DNA of 64,000 nt from Candidatus Doudnabacteria bacterium RIFCSPHIGHO2_12_FULL_48_16 (GCA_001780035.1 MFEY01000004.1:81405-145404); one strand, 5' to 3'. Shown: positions 1-9,451, counted from the stretch's first letter. Notes: generated from the sequence alone by a model not told the origin. Made by a program: numbers and translations.

Positions 1-152
1 CCCGGCTGATCCGCCGCAATATCCAGGAATTGATCGAGGACCCGCTCGCCGAGCAAATAATCACCGGGGAACTGGCGGAGATGAACGAGGTCCGGGTCGG
101 CATTGAGAACGAAAAAATTACGATCCGCCAAATCGAACTGGCCAAAGCCTGA
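1..152 (+). CDS. C-terminal fragment of a Clp/Hsp100 AAA+ chaperone (ClpB/ClpC-like). The 5' end is cut by the window edge.
   Basis: Frame-3 translation is RLIRRNIQELIEDPLAEQIITGELAEMNEVRVGIENEKITIRQIELAKA*, which matches the conserved C-terminal tail of ClpB/ClpC. The stop codon TGA is at 150-152. Confidence 0.5.
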   Translation, partial: RLIRRNIQELIEDPLAEQIITGELAEMNEVRVGIENEKITIRQIELAKA

Positions 153-172
153 AATAAAATTTATAAATAAAC

Positions 173-883
173 ATGGGGCTGACCAAGAATTTCAAAAAAC
201 TTGGGCAAGACTTGCTTGACCTAATTTTTCCTATTTCCTGCTTAATCTGCGGGGCGGATCAAACTTTTTTGTGCGCCCAGTGCCAAGCCCAACTCCCCCG
301 CCTGGATCAGCAGCAATGTATCGGCTGCCAAAAGCCTTCCCCGTTTGGCAAAACTCATCCGGATTGCATTTCAAAAAATACCGCTGACGGAGCTTTGGCC
401 GCCGCTCCTTACCGTGATCCCAATGTTGCTAAAATCATTGAAACCTTCAAATATAATTTTGTCTTCGAATTAGCCCGACCTTTGGCTGACCTGATAGTCG
501 AAACGGTTAATCGGCAGGGGCTGGACGAGTATTTCGGAGAGTTTACAATCATCCCGGTCCCCCTGCATCCGAGGCGCTACAACTGGCGGGGATTCAACCA
601 GGCCGAATTGTTGATCGCTGCATTGGCGGAAAAGCTGCAAATCCCGTGCGACCTTAAGCTGGTGGTCCGCGGCAAATTCACCAAGCCGCAAATCAAACTG
701 TCCGCCGAGGAACGGAAAAAAAACCTGGATAACGCATTTTCAATCATCGGTGATCCGATTAATAAAAAAATCCTGATCGTAGACGACGTTGTCACATCAG
801 GATCGACCGTCAATGAGCTGGCAAAAATCCTCAAACGCGCCGGCGCCAGCGAAGTCTGGGCCCTTTCCGCTGCGCATGGCTAA
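173..883 (+). CDS. comF: ComF family protein (phosphoribosyltransferase-type competence protein ComFC)
   Basis: The N-terminus has Cys-x2-Cys zinc-finger pairs (CLICG...CAQC, CIGC). The C-terminus has the PRTase motif ILIVDDVVTSGSTVNE. Confidence 0.8.
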   Translation: MGLTKNFKKLGQDLLDLIFPISCLICGADQTFLCAQCQAQLPRLDQQQCIGCQKPSPFGKTHPDCISKNTADGALAAAPYRDPNVAKIIETFKYNFVFELARPLADLIVETVNRQGLDEYFGEFTIIPVPLHPRRYNWRGFNQAELLIAALAEKLQIPCDLKLVVRGKFTKPQIKLSAEERKKNLDNAFSIIGDPINKKILIVDDVVTSGSTVNELAKILKRAGASEVWALSAAHG

Positions 884-1038
884 CCAATAAGTATATTTAC
901 TTGATCTTATCTTTAGAAAACGTGGTGACCTGCTCTCCATTCCAAAAATCATCAAGAGCCAGCCATCTATACTGCAGACCAATATCACCTGCCATAATTG
1001 GCTCAACTAGGCAAGGGATGAAGCCTGCGTCAGTATCA

Positions 1039-1410
1039 TCATCTTCTATAGTTATTGACTTTAAAAAAAATTGCTTTTCCCTGAAAATCTTTATTTAAAG
1101 AACGAACTGACTGTGGCAAAAGAGCTTTGAGATCTCGCATATCTCCACAATCAGCCAGACGGCCTTGGTCTTTAAAGTAGTTGTAAATATCTCTTATCTT
1201 GGCTCTAGGTCTAGTGCGATCATCTGTATAGGACCAAAACTGTAATGATTTACTATCATACTCGGATGGACCAGTGTTAGCTAACTCCGGATGTCGCGGC
1301 CTGCCGACGGGTTCTCCAGCCATAAGCGGCATATTACGGTCGACATGTATAATAACCGACGCGTCTTCTTGTTCAGGGTTGTGATTGCCAGAATCTTTAA
1401 GTTCTCCCAT
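1039..1410 (-). CDS. hypothetical protein
   Basis: A 123-aa ORF with no recognisable motifs. It is preceded on the minus strand by conserved element copy 1. Confidence 0.3.
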   Translation of the reverse strand: MGELKDSGNHNPEQEDASVIIHVDRNMPLMAGEPVGRPRHPELANTGPSEYDSKSLQFWSYTDDRTRPRAKIRDIYNYFKDQGRLADCGDMRDLKALLPQSVRSLNKDFQGKAIFFKVNNYRR

Positions 1411-1457
1411 ATTTAATAAAATTTAATAATATTTATTATGATCTTAGCTTTTTCTAA

Positions 1458-1560
1458 CTGGCGGTGTACCTGAGTCTGGTGCCGCCTCTATTCAGAGGTA
1501 TCATAAAGGATTTTAAAAATTCGAATAAAGGACAATTTAGGGCACGTGGGTCGGATTATT
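1458..1560 (-). promoter_or_regulatory. conserved structured element of about 105 nt, copy 1 (candidate cis-regulatory RNA or small ncRNA)
   Basis: This copy is nearly identical to the copy at 2036-2137 (TGGCGGTGTAC...TCAGAGGTAT.ATAA.GGAT...ATTTAGGCA.GTGGGTCGG). Compensatory substitutions sit in the predicted stems. It lies between the stop of gene 1556-1972 and the start of gene 1039-1410. Confidence 0.4.
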
Positions 1561-1972
1561 TCGTTGGCTTTTGAAAAAAACGCAGTTCTTCTTCGTCAAG
1601 GGATTTTGACTCTAGACCAAATTCATTTCGGATAGCCTTAATCAGCGGCTTCACATCTTCAGCCGTAAGTTGGATGATTTTACCCTGTCGTCCCTCAGAA
1701 AATTGTTTTTCTCGTTGATTATATAATTTATTAAACTTCAAGACTTCTCGAACAACATTATCAGAAGAAAAAAAGAATGTGTCATTAAGTACTATCAACG
1801 TATGCTCTTCAGGATTATTACTTAGAAATGCAGATAAGGGCTCGATTAATTTACTATATCTTTCGGCCTTAAACCTTAATTCAGCCTCGGTGCGTAATTT
1901 ACGAATCCCAAAAAAATAAGTCAAACCCGAACTTAAAAGTGCAGCTAAAACTATTTGAATAAAATCTTTCAT
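1556..1972 (-). CDS. hypothetical membrane-anchored protein
   Basis: A 138-aa ORF with an N-terminal hydrophobic helix (IVLAALLSSGLTYFF). It is preceded by conserved element copy 2. Confidence 0.4.
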   Translation of the reverse strand: MKDFIQIVLAALLSSGLTYFFGIRKLRTEAELRFKAERYSKLIEPLSAFLSNNPEEHTLIVLNDTFFFSSDNVVREVLKFNKLYNQREKQFSEGRQGKIIQLTAEDVKPLIKAIRNEFGLESKSLDEEELRFFQKPTK

Positions 1973-2035
1973 GAATAATGTATCTAACTCAGTTTATAAA
2001 AACTACCGTGTTGATCGCTCGATAACTAATTTTCT

Positions 2036-2137
2036 TGGCGGTGTACTCAGGTCTAGTACCACCTGTTCAGAGGTATTATAAGGGATATTTGAGCGTTCTG
2101 GTAGAGGGCGATTTTAGGCATGTGGGTCGGGGTCTAT
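2036..2137 (-). promoter_or_regulatory. conserved structured element of about 105 nt, copy 2
   Basis: See copy 1. It lies 63 nt upstream (minus sense) of the ATG of gene 1556-1972. Confidence 0.4.
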
Positions 2138-2241
2138 GACAAAGAATGAGACAGTCCTTAAGCCCTGTGTTTTGTGTCTTTATTATACCTAGAATTTTGA
2201 GGCTCTAGTAAGATAGGGTTATTAAACAAGGCAACAGGAAA

Positions 2242-2700
2242 TTAATTTGCTTGTCCCGTTGCTGCTACGCTTGGTCGTATCTGGACGGTTTGCGCGGTAA
2301 CGCTGCCATCGCTGTTAGCGGTTCCATTAACGGTAACCTGCTTCCCAACAACTAGATCATCTTTGGTCCCGTCTGTCATTTTTGAGACGGTTGTATTCTC
2401 AGATAGAAAAATTATTTTTGATCCGCCATCTGCAAGCTTAACCGTAATACTCTTGTCGTCCATGCTGATAATTTCCCCTCCAGCAAAACCGCCCGCGGCG
2501 TTAGCGCCACGCATACTACCTCCGCCAAAACCACCACCGTTTTGCATAAATTGCTGGCGTTGCTCGGCTGTTAAATTTTGACCGGCTGGAAAATTCCCAG
2601 CCGGAGTTTTTCCTTTGACATAAGTCATGCCGCCATAAAACGCACCACCCGCGACCGCAATTGCTACTACAGCAATTATCACAATATTTTTCTTATTCAT
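2242..2700 (-). CDS. small secreted/anchored protein, last gene of the ABC exporter operon
   Basis: N-terminal signal anchor ([19 protein letters not shown]) followed by a Gly-rich linker. A paralog lies at 34035-34436. Confidence 0.45.
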   Translation of the reverse strand: MNKKNIVIIAVVAIAVAGGAFYGGMTYVKGKTPAGNFPAGQNLTAEQRQQFMQNGGGFGGGSMRGANAAGGFAGGEIISMDDKSITVKLADGGSKIIFLSENTTVSKMTDGTKDDLVVGKQVTVNGTANSDGSVTAQTVQIRPSVAATGQAN

Positions 2701-2731
2701 ATTTTTTCCTTTCCATTAATAACTTAATTAA

Positions 2732-3967
2732 TTATTCGTATCTCAAAGCTTCGATGGGATTAAGCCTGGACGCGCGCCTTGCCGGATAATAACCAAAAAT
2801 GACACCTATCCCCGCTGATACCCCAAAAGCTAGTAGCACTGAAGTATAATCGATCTGACTGGTTATCCCAAAATTCGATGCTATGAGAGAAACCGCCCAC
2901 CCAAAAATAACGCCAATCCCTCCTCCCACGAATGTCAAAATAATTGCTTCGGTTAAAAATTGGAAATTAATGTCCGAACGGGTTGCTCCAATTGCTTTTC
3001 TAAGGCCTATTTCTCGTGTCCGTTCTGTAACGGTAGTAAGCATCATATTCATAATTCCGATTCCGCCGACTAATAAAGAAATGCCGGCTATTGAAGCCAA
3101 TAGAATGGTCAAGGTTTCCGTGACGCTCGAGGCCGCTGAAACTAAATCAGATTGATTTTGAACGGTGAAATCGGCTGTGGCAATATCGCTCATGTTATGC
3201 CTTTGTAGCATTATTTGTGTGACCTGATTCTGGACCTCAGTCATCACCTCGGGATTTTCAGCCGAAACAGCGATCGAGCTGACATAGGCTTTGCCCGAAG
3301 CGCTTAGGCCAACCAAGTAACGCTGAGAAGCCGAGATAGGAACGAAAATCATATCATCTTGGTTAGTAAAGCCACTGCCTCCCTTGGCTTGGGTAACGCC
3401 GATCACCTTGAACTGAGTGCCGTTGATTCTGATAGTCTGGCCTATGGGATCAGTGCCCTCACCAAACAAAGTGTCTCGGGTGGTTGGCCCCAACACTGCA
3501 ACTTTGGAGGCATTTTTTACCTGCTCATCGTTTAAAAAAGAACCACTATCAATATTAAGGTTTCTCACTGTGGGGTAACCCGTTTCTGCCCCAATAACTT
3601 GAGTATTAGTGTTTGTGCCTTTAGCTGTAACCTGATAACGTCGGGACAATTCGGGACTGACGGCTTTAATATTAGTCAACTCTTCCTTAAGAGCATCCGC
3701 ATCTTCCTGGGTTAAAGTCTGAGCGCTCCCTAAGCCACCACTTACAGCAGCCCCCGTTGTTCGCTGAACCCCAGAAGAGACGGTAATTAAGTTAGAGCCG
3801 ATAGATTGAATGTTGGCTTCAATTGATCCTTGCGCACCTTGGCCAATTCCGACCATGGCGATAACCGAACCAATTCCGATAACTATACCCAGCATTGTCA
3901 GCGCGGTACGGACCTTATTTGCCGCTAGGGCGGTATAACTTTCTTGAAATATGTCCCTAGTTTTCAT
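2732..3967 (-). CDS. ABC transporter permease, MacB/FtsX family
   Basis: It has a MacB-like periplasmic core plus a C-terminal FtsX four-helix domain. The likely start is an internal Met (MKTRDIF...) that overlaps the ATPase stop by 11 nt. Confidence 0.85.
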   Translation of the reverse strand: MKTRDIFQESYTALAANKVRTALTMLGIVIGIGSVIAMVGIGQGAQGSIEANIQSIGSNLITVSSGVQRTTGAAVSGGLGSAQTLTQEDADALKEELTNIKAVSPELSRRYQVTAKGTNTNTQVIGAETGYPTVRNLNIDSGSFLNDEQVKNASKVAVLGPTTRDTLFGEGTDPIGQTIRINGTQFKVIGVTQAKGGSGFTNQDDMIFVPISASQRYLVGLSASGKAYVSSIAVSAENPEVMTEVQNQVTQIMLQRHNMSDIATADFTVQNQSDLVSAASSVTETLTILLASIAGISLLVGGIGIMNMMLTTVTERTREIGLRKAIGATRSDINFQFLTEAIILTFVGGGIGVIFGWAVSLIASNFGITSQIDYTSVLLAFGVSAGIGVIFGYYPARRASRLNPIEALRYE

Positions 3968-4673
3968 CTGAATCGGAATTAAATATTTTTTTATCTTTAT
4001 TCTCTTCGTCACTTAAAATCTGTCCGTCTCGGATTTGAATTATGCGGTCAGCGTGCCGGGCAACGTAAGGTTCGTGGGTGATAAGAATGATGGTATGGCC
4101 TTGGTCATTGAGGCGCTGGAATGTGCCTAAAACTATGTCTCCGGTCTTGGTGTCCAAATTACCAGTCGGCTCATCCGCCAAAAGCAATGTCGGATTATTT
4201 ACTAAGGCTCGGGCAATCGCGACTCTTTGCATCTGTCCTCCCGAAAGCTGGTTTGATAAATGATAGAACCTTGATTCATCCAAACCTGCCTGAAGCGAGG
4301 CTTTCTTTGCGAGCTCTTCTCGTTCCATGTTATCTATCCCTGCGTAAACTAACGGTAATGCGACATTCCTGAGTACTGTTGCTCTGGGGAGAAGATTAAA
4401 AGATTGGAAAACAAAACCAATTTTTTGGCGACGGATAACTGCTAGTTCATCATCAGTCAAAGTCGAAACATCCTGGCCATCCAAAATATACTTCCCCTTA
4501 GAAGGCGTGTCCAAGGCCCCCAAAATATGCATCATCGTTGATTTACCACTTCCTGAAGGTCCCATAATGGCGACAAATTCTCCATCTTTGATTGTAAAAG
4601 AAACATCTTTCAAAACTTTAGTTTCTACATCACCGTTAACGTAAGTCTTATAAATATTCTGACATTCAATCAT
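3957..4673 (-). CDS. ABC transporter ATP-binding protein (MacB/LolD-like)
   Basis: Walker A GPSGSGKST, ABC signature LSGGQMQRVAIARAL and Walker B LLLADEPT. Confidence 0.9.
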   Translation of the reverse strand: MIECQNIYKTYVNGDVETKVLKDVSFTIKDGEFVAIMGPSGSGKSTMMHILGALDTPSKGKYILDGQDVSTLTDDELAVIRRQKIGFVFQSFNLLPRATVLRNVALPLVYAGIDNMEREELAKKASLQAGLDESRFYHLSNQLSGGQMQRVAIARALVNNPTLLLADEPTGNLDTKTGDIVLGTFQRLNDQGHTIILITHEPYVARHADRIIQIRDGQILSDEENKDKKIFNSDSDEN

Positions 4674-4682
4674 GCAATTAAA

Positions 4683-6398
4683 TTAACGAGCTTGAAAAAA
4701 CTGTCCGCCACCACCGGTTTGTCCGCGACCAGTGCCTCCACCTAAGCCCGGAATTTGGGTCGAGCCAGAACTTGCGGCGCCAGTGGAATTAGGATTAATA
4801 GTTTGGGTTACTATCTGGTCTCCCGCTACAATGCCCGATACTATTTCTGTCATAGTATCATTAGAGATTCCCACTTCAACCGGCAGATTTTGAGGTTGGC
4901 GGTTTGAGTCAAGTGTTTGAACATACTTCATATTTCCACTGGTTTTCACGGCAGAGCTGGGTACAGCCAAAACATCAGTTTTAACATCTATAATTATGTC
5001 TGCAGATATGCTCATTGAGGGCTTAACACTTTCATCCTGAGTGTCAAAGCCGATCTTCACAGTATAACTTACAACTCCTTGGCTTGTAGTACCTAAAGCA
5101 CCTACTTCTACAACCTGTCCCGTGAGACTTAAGTCCTCAATGGCATCAAATGTCAGGGTTGCTTTCTGTCCAATTTTGATTTTTGCAGCGTCAACTTCAT
5201 TTACCGAGACGGTGGCCAACTGTTGTTTAGTGATAATTGTGGCAACGACTGTAGCCGCTGTAACCTGATCTCCCTTTTTATTGTTAAGGACAGCTACAAT
5301 CCCGTCGAAAGCGGCTTTTAAATTGTTATTATTATAATTATTCGAGGCTGATTGGAGGGAGGCTTGGGCCGAAAGCAGAGATGCTTTGGCAGAAGTTACG
5401 TCCGCGTTATCAGCTGGGGCTAATTTTTCTTCAAAAACAAGCTTAGCATCCGCCAGATTTTCTTCTGCATCCACCACAGCATCCTCTGCTGAATCAATAG
5501 CGTCTTGGTCTGTTTGGATAGCTTTTGTTTGATTTGACAGAGAACTATTATACGCACTGAGATTAGTGTAATATGCGCTGGAAGTTTTATTTGGCACATC
5601 AATGGTTAAGGTTGTGAATGAATAAAGGGTACCACTTGTTCCAAATGTAATGTAAAGTCCGTTGCCCAGAGGTCGAGCAAATCCTCGGTTCACAGAGTCG
5701 GATTGACTACCTAAACCAGAGACACTGTAATATATACCGGCACCTGTTGTATCGTAGAGGCTTATCGCGTATTGACCTTCCGTAGTGCCCGTATAACTTC
5801 CGCTCAAAGTCATAGTGGCTGTAGATAATAAATTATTAGACACTACCGTTAAACCTGAATTTAATAAAGTATTGTAAGCTTTGTCCACAGCCTGTTGCTG
5901 TTCTGTTACGGTAGTGTTGTAATCACGTTTTGCTTTCTCAACATTTTCTTTGGCATTATCGATAGCTTTTTGCGCATCCGTCACAGTTTTTTGGGCTGCC
6001 GTCAAATCACTGCCCGTGAGTCCGGCAATGAGCTTATCGTAATTAGCCTGGGCCTGGAGAACAGAAGCGCGAGCCTGTGCTAACAATACGTTGTTGTTGC
6101 TTTGATCCACCACAGCTATAACTTGGCCAGCTTTAACTTGATCGCCAGCTTTAACATTGACTGAGGTTAAAGCTCCTGTCCCACCAGGTTTCAGGTCAAT
6201 CTGATTTTCCGCCGATACTTGGCCGGAAGTTGAGACGGATACTGCGATTGTCGTTTTTTCTGCGACCCCCGTTACATACTGAGCTTGGGCAGTAGTGGAG
6301 TGGGTTTTTTGGTACCAAAAATAGCCGCCTATAATGGCGACAATGAGTAACCCCCCGATAATCTTATGTTTTTTAACAAAAATAAGTATTCTTTGCAT
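4683..6398 (-). CDS. HlyD/MacA-family periplasmic adaptor (membrane fusion protein)
   Basis: N-terminal TM helix, a long coiled-coil region, a beta-barrel-like C-terminus and a Gly-rich tail. It sits upstream of the ABC ATPase and permease genes. Confidence 0.7.
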   Translation of the reverse strand: MQRILIFVKKHKIIGGLLIVAIIGGYFWYQKTHSTTAQAQYVTGVAEKTTIAVSVSTSGQVSAENQIDLKPGGTGALTSVNVKAGDQVKAGQVIAVVDQSNNNVLLAQARASVLQAQANYDKLIAGLTGSDLTAAQKTVTDAQKAIDNAKENVEKAKRDYNTTVTEQQQAVDKAYNTLLNSGLTVVSNNLLSTATMTLSGSYTGTTEGQYAISLYDTTGAGIYYSVSGLGSQSDSVNRGFARPLGNGLYITFGTSGTLYSFTTLTIDVPNKTSSAYYTNLSAYNSSLSNQTKAIQTDQDAIDSAEDAVVDAEENLADAKLVFEEKLAPADNADVTSAKASLLSAQASLQSASNNYNNNNLKAAFDGIVAVLNNKKGDQVTAATVVATIITKQQLATVSVNEVDAAKIKIGQKATLTFDAIEDLSLTGQVVEVGALGTTSQGVVSYTVKIGFDTQDESVKPSMSISADIIIDVKTDVLAVPSSAVKTSGNMKYVQTLDSNRQPQNLPVEVGISNDTMTEIVSGIVAGDQIVTQTINPNSTGAASSGSTQIPGLGGGTGRGQTGGGGQFFQAR

Positions 6399-6512
6399 AT
6401 GTATATAAATTATTACAAAAATCCAAGCATATTATTTCATTGATAAACCCCCGCTCATAACGGGGGTTAGCGTTCCAAATTATTGTTTTTTACTTTCCTT
6501 TTTTAGCTTCTG

Positions 6513-6953
6513 CTAGAACCACCCTCCACGGAACCCTCTTCCATGACCCTTGCCAGTCCTATTATCTATTCGTTCCTGGTCGACTTTCAATCTTTGATCA
6601 GCTTGAGCTTGAGTGATCACCCCTTTATCCACTAAAGATTTGAGCTGATTGGCCAATTTTTGCTTAGCGGCTGACTTCATTTTCTCTTGAAGATCGGTTT
6701 CGCTTATACCGTTGGCTGTGGCTATTTCAGATAAGGTTTTCCCTTCAGCCCACCCTTGTTTTACGGCATCAACACTAATCCCCAAAAGACTGGCTTGTTG
6801 GGTAAACATGTCGGTTTGACGTTGAGCTACTTCTTCTGGAGTCGCGTTGTTCATTGGACCGAACCATCCGTGTGCCGAGGCTTGGCTGACCCCAAAGACT
6901 GCAAACGCCATGACAGGCAAGATTGTGTAAGCTAGGAGTTTTTTCATCTTCAT
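6513..6953 (-). CDS. hypothetical secreted protein
   Basis: Signal peptide MKMKKLLAYTILPVMAFAVFGVSQASA. Confidence 0.4.
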   Translation of the reverse strand: MKMKKLLAYTILPVMAFAVFGVSQASAHGWFGPMNNATPEEVAQRQTDMFTQQASLLGISVDAVKQGWAEGKTLSEIATANGISETDLQEKMKSAAKQKLANQLKSLVDKGVITQAQADQRLKVDQERIDNRTGKGHGRGFRGGWF

Positions 6954-7116
6954 AAGTTTTCCCTTTGTGTTAAATTATTGCTCTCGACCTTTTCCCAGAG
7001 AGGAATGGGGGTGAAAAGGGCTGTAAAAACGAATCCTCTCGATCGGATTTTACAGCCCTTGTCATATATTACTACACTCATGAAATCGAATTATTTCAAA
7101 AAATAAAAACCGCCTA

Positions 7117-7863
7117 TTATCTAGGCGGCGGCCTTCTTCCTCTAAAGCCCGGAGGTGCAGGAAAATCGTTCTCTTCTACTTTTCTAATAGAATCTGCTGT
7201 GACTGTGGAATCTTGACGTTGGCCTAAAACTACGATGTGATTATCTACAGCAATATCTTTTCCCGTAGGAAACTCTGTCTTATCATCTATTATAATATCG
7301 ATAATATCTCCCCGTGGATCGCTAATCTTAAAGCCTTTATCTATTATTTCAGTTACAGTACCCACAGCCACGTTTCCTGGTGGTCTTTGCATGCCAAATT
7401 GTCGATAAAATCCGCCGCCGATGGGCAAACGATGATCACGGGCTCGATCAAATAACCCTCTATGGAGAGGGGTTTGTGCTATCACAAATCCTCCCGTCAA
7501 AACAACCAAAATAACTCCGATTGTGCTGTAAAGCAATGGTTTTCTATATCCAAAAGAATACTTTTTTACCAAAAATTCCAGGAGTATAATAAATATAATT
7601 GCAATCAAAACTAAAATCCAAGGCAAGGAAGTAAATAATAATCTTGGACCCCCAAATCCTGGTATGAACCAAACACCCGTTTGGTGCAGAATAAAAATAA
7701 TAAAGCTAACCAGGTATATCCCAGTAAGAATCGAGAGAACTGTGCCCACAACCAGCAAGGTTGCCTGCAATAGAAAATGCCACTTCGGTCGCATGATTAC
7801 CTTTCCTGTTTCGATCGCCCCAAGCACATTATCTTTTATTGATTTGTGGTCGTTATTGTTCAT
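7117..7863 (-). CDS. membrane protein, putative anti-sigma factor partner
   Basis: Multiple TM helices. It overlaps the 3' end of the upstream ECF sigma gene by 11 nt. Confidence 0.4.
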   Translation of the reverse strand: MNNNDHKSIKDNVLGAIETGKVIMRPKWHFLLQATLLVVGTVLSILTGIYLVSFIIFILHQTGVWFIPGFGGPRLLFTSLPWILVLIAIIFIILLEFLVKKYSFGYRKPLLYSTIGVILVVLTGGFVIAQTPLHRGLFDRARDHRLPIGGGFYRQFGMQRPPGNVAVGTVTEIIDKGFKISDPRGDIIDIIIDDKTEFPTGKDIAVDNHIVVLGQRQDSTVTADSIRKVEENDFPAPPGFRGRRPPPR

Positions 7864-8443
7864 AATTTATGAATTTGTTATATACTTTCTTAAGTATAGT
7901 TTTTGCCCTTGTTAATCTTACCCCGACCGTAGAAACAGGAATATGAATAATTTCAGAAATACTTTGATAATCCAGGTCTTCAAAATAATATAGCACTAGC
8001 GGTTCGCGATATTTGGGATCTAACTTATCCAAACATTTATTTAAAATTTCTTGAATTTGTTTTAAATCAATATCTTTTTCGACATTTTCTTTCGCCACCG
8101 GATGCGGAAACAAAGTATCCGAATCAAAAAAAGTCAAAGGTTCGTGTCCCTTTTTTTTGATTTTGTTTATAAACTCGTTGTGTGCAATTCGATAAAGCCA
8201 GGAAGAAAATTTCCGGCTAATATCAAATCCCTGGATATTCGAATACGCTTTTAAAAACACATCTTGAACCGCATCTTCGCCATCATGGTAGCCAAAAAGG
8301 AATTTCTTCGAGTATCGCATCATTTTTGCTTCATAACGCTCAACTAGTATCCCGAATTGTTGAGTATCCCCGTGTTTTACCTGATTTGCGATTTCTTCAT
8401 CTGTCAAACTCGAATGAGAGAGGTTCATTAACATATTATACAA
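7853..8443 (-). CDS. RNA polymerase sigma factor, ECF / sigma-70 family
   Basis: Sigma-70 region 2 (DAVQDVFLKAY...WLYRIAHNEFINKIKKK) and region 4 (YREPLVLYYFEDLDYQSISEI...STVGVRLTRAK). Confidence 0.85.
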   Translation of the reverse strand: MYNMLMNLSHSSLTDEEIANQVKHGDTQQFGILVERYEAKMMRYSKKFLFGYHDGEDAVQDVFLKAYSNIQGFDISRKFSSWLYRIAHNEFINKIKKKGHEPLTFFDSDTLFPHPVAKENVEKDIDLKQIQEILNKCLDKLDPKYREPLVLYYFEDLDYQSISEIIHIPVSTVGVRLTRAKTILKKVYNKFINYEQ

Positions 8444-8463
8444 CGAAACCCATATTTTATTTC

Positions 8464-8497
8464 AAAAAACCAGCAGTTGATTAACTGCTGTTTTTTT
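8464..8497. terminator. bidirectional Rho-independent terminator
   Basis: AAAAAAC-CAGCAGTT-gatt-AACTGCTG-TTTTTTT. It lies downstream of the minus-strand tRNA-Ser. Confidence 0.55.
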
Positions 8498-8594
8498 GAT
8501 TTTCCAAGAAAATCTACTATCGAGCGTTTCAGGGACTCCCGCCTTCGCCAAGGCTACGGCGGGCAGGCGGGTCTTGTTCGATAACAGGTTCTTT

Positions 8595-8685
8595 TGGCGG
8601 AGAGAGTGGGATTCGAACCCACGAGACGGGTATTAGCCGTCACAGGTTAGCAACCTGTTGCCTTAAGCCACTCGGCCATCTCTCC
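8595..8685 (-). tRNA. tRNA-Ser (anticodon GCU)
   Basis: The reverse complement folds as GGAGAGA..ACAGG-TTGCTAA-CCTGT with a long variable arm (GACGGCTAATACCCGTC) and T-arm GTGGGTTCGAATCCCAC. CCA is encoded. Confidence 0.85.
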
Positions 8686-8761
8686 CTCTTAATCTGATAT
8701 ATTTTAACCCAAAAGCTTCCAAATAGCAATATAATCATACAATTTACTAAGTAAACCTTCG

Positions 8762-8812
8762 TTTTACAAATGCTTCGTCATTCGCTATAATATTATCGAT
8801 CGATAATATTAT
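8762..8812 (+). promoter_or_regulatory. sigma-70-like promoter (TTTTAC-17-TATAAT) overlapped by a 26-bp perfect palindromic operator
   Basis: ATAATATTATCGATCGATAATATTAT (8787-8812) is a perfect palindrome. It sits 17 nt before the ATG of the PaaX-like regulator gene. Confidence 0.5.
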
Positions 8813-8828
8813 TACCGGGGTCAAACAA

Positions 8829-9389
8829 ATGAAGGAGTCGCAAAAATACTTAACAGTTCAAGTCCTCAAACTTTTAGGTATGGGGGTTACCTTGACAGCC
8901 GTATCTTTGCTGTCCCCCACTTTTGTCTACGGAGCCCTCAAACGCTATGTAAAATATCGTCTCAACCAACCATATAAACGGGAACAAATCCGCAAAGCGG
9001 TTAATTACTTAAAACAAAAACGCTTTATCGCTTATCAGACCAAATCGGCCAAGAAACTGATTATTTTAACCAAAGCCGGCCAGCGGCGTTTACTGGAACT
9101 AAAAATTCTGGAGCTGAAAATCAAAAAAATCTCCTGGGATCAGCAATGGCGACTTGTCACTTTTGATATTCCAGAAAACGACAAAGCGGCCCGGTTTCGC
9201 TTCTGTCGGATGCTAAAGGATTTAGGCTTTTTTCACTTCCAACGCAGTGTCTTCATCCTGCCATATGCATGCGACAAACAAATCAGCCTAATCACGGAAT
9301 ATCTTAAAATTGACGCTTACGTCCATATTTTGACAACCAAGCGATTTCGAAGTGACCATCAACTTATTAAGCATTTTAGGCTTAAATAG
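8829..9389 (+). CDS. PaaX-like transcriptional regulator (winged helix plus PaaX/Cas2-like C-terminal fold)
   Basis: The motif RLVTFDIPENDKAARFRFCRMLKDLGFFHFQRSVFILPY resembles the PaaX C-terminal domain. Confidence 0.4.
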   Translation: MKESQKYLTVQVLKLLGMGVTLTAVSLLSPTFVYGALKRYVKYRLNQPYKREQIRKAVNYLKQKRFIAYQTKSAKKLIILTKAGQRRLLELKILELKIKKISWDQQWRLVTFDIPENDKAARFRFCRMLKDLGFFHFQRSVFILPYACDKQISLITEYLKIDAYVHILTTKRFRSDHQLIKHFRLK

Positions 9390-9451
9390 CTTAGTGTGAT
9401 AAAATAAACCTTGACTTTGTAACACTTTGTCGGATAATAACGTCTCTATTT

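Noticed and set aside
797-1098. Small ORFs (69 aa minus, 65 aa plus) at the comF 3' end
   Set aside because: They overlap the ComF coding region or lie in its 3' flank, with no motifs or support.
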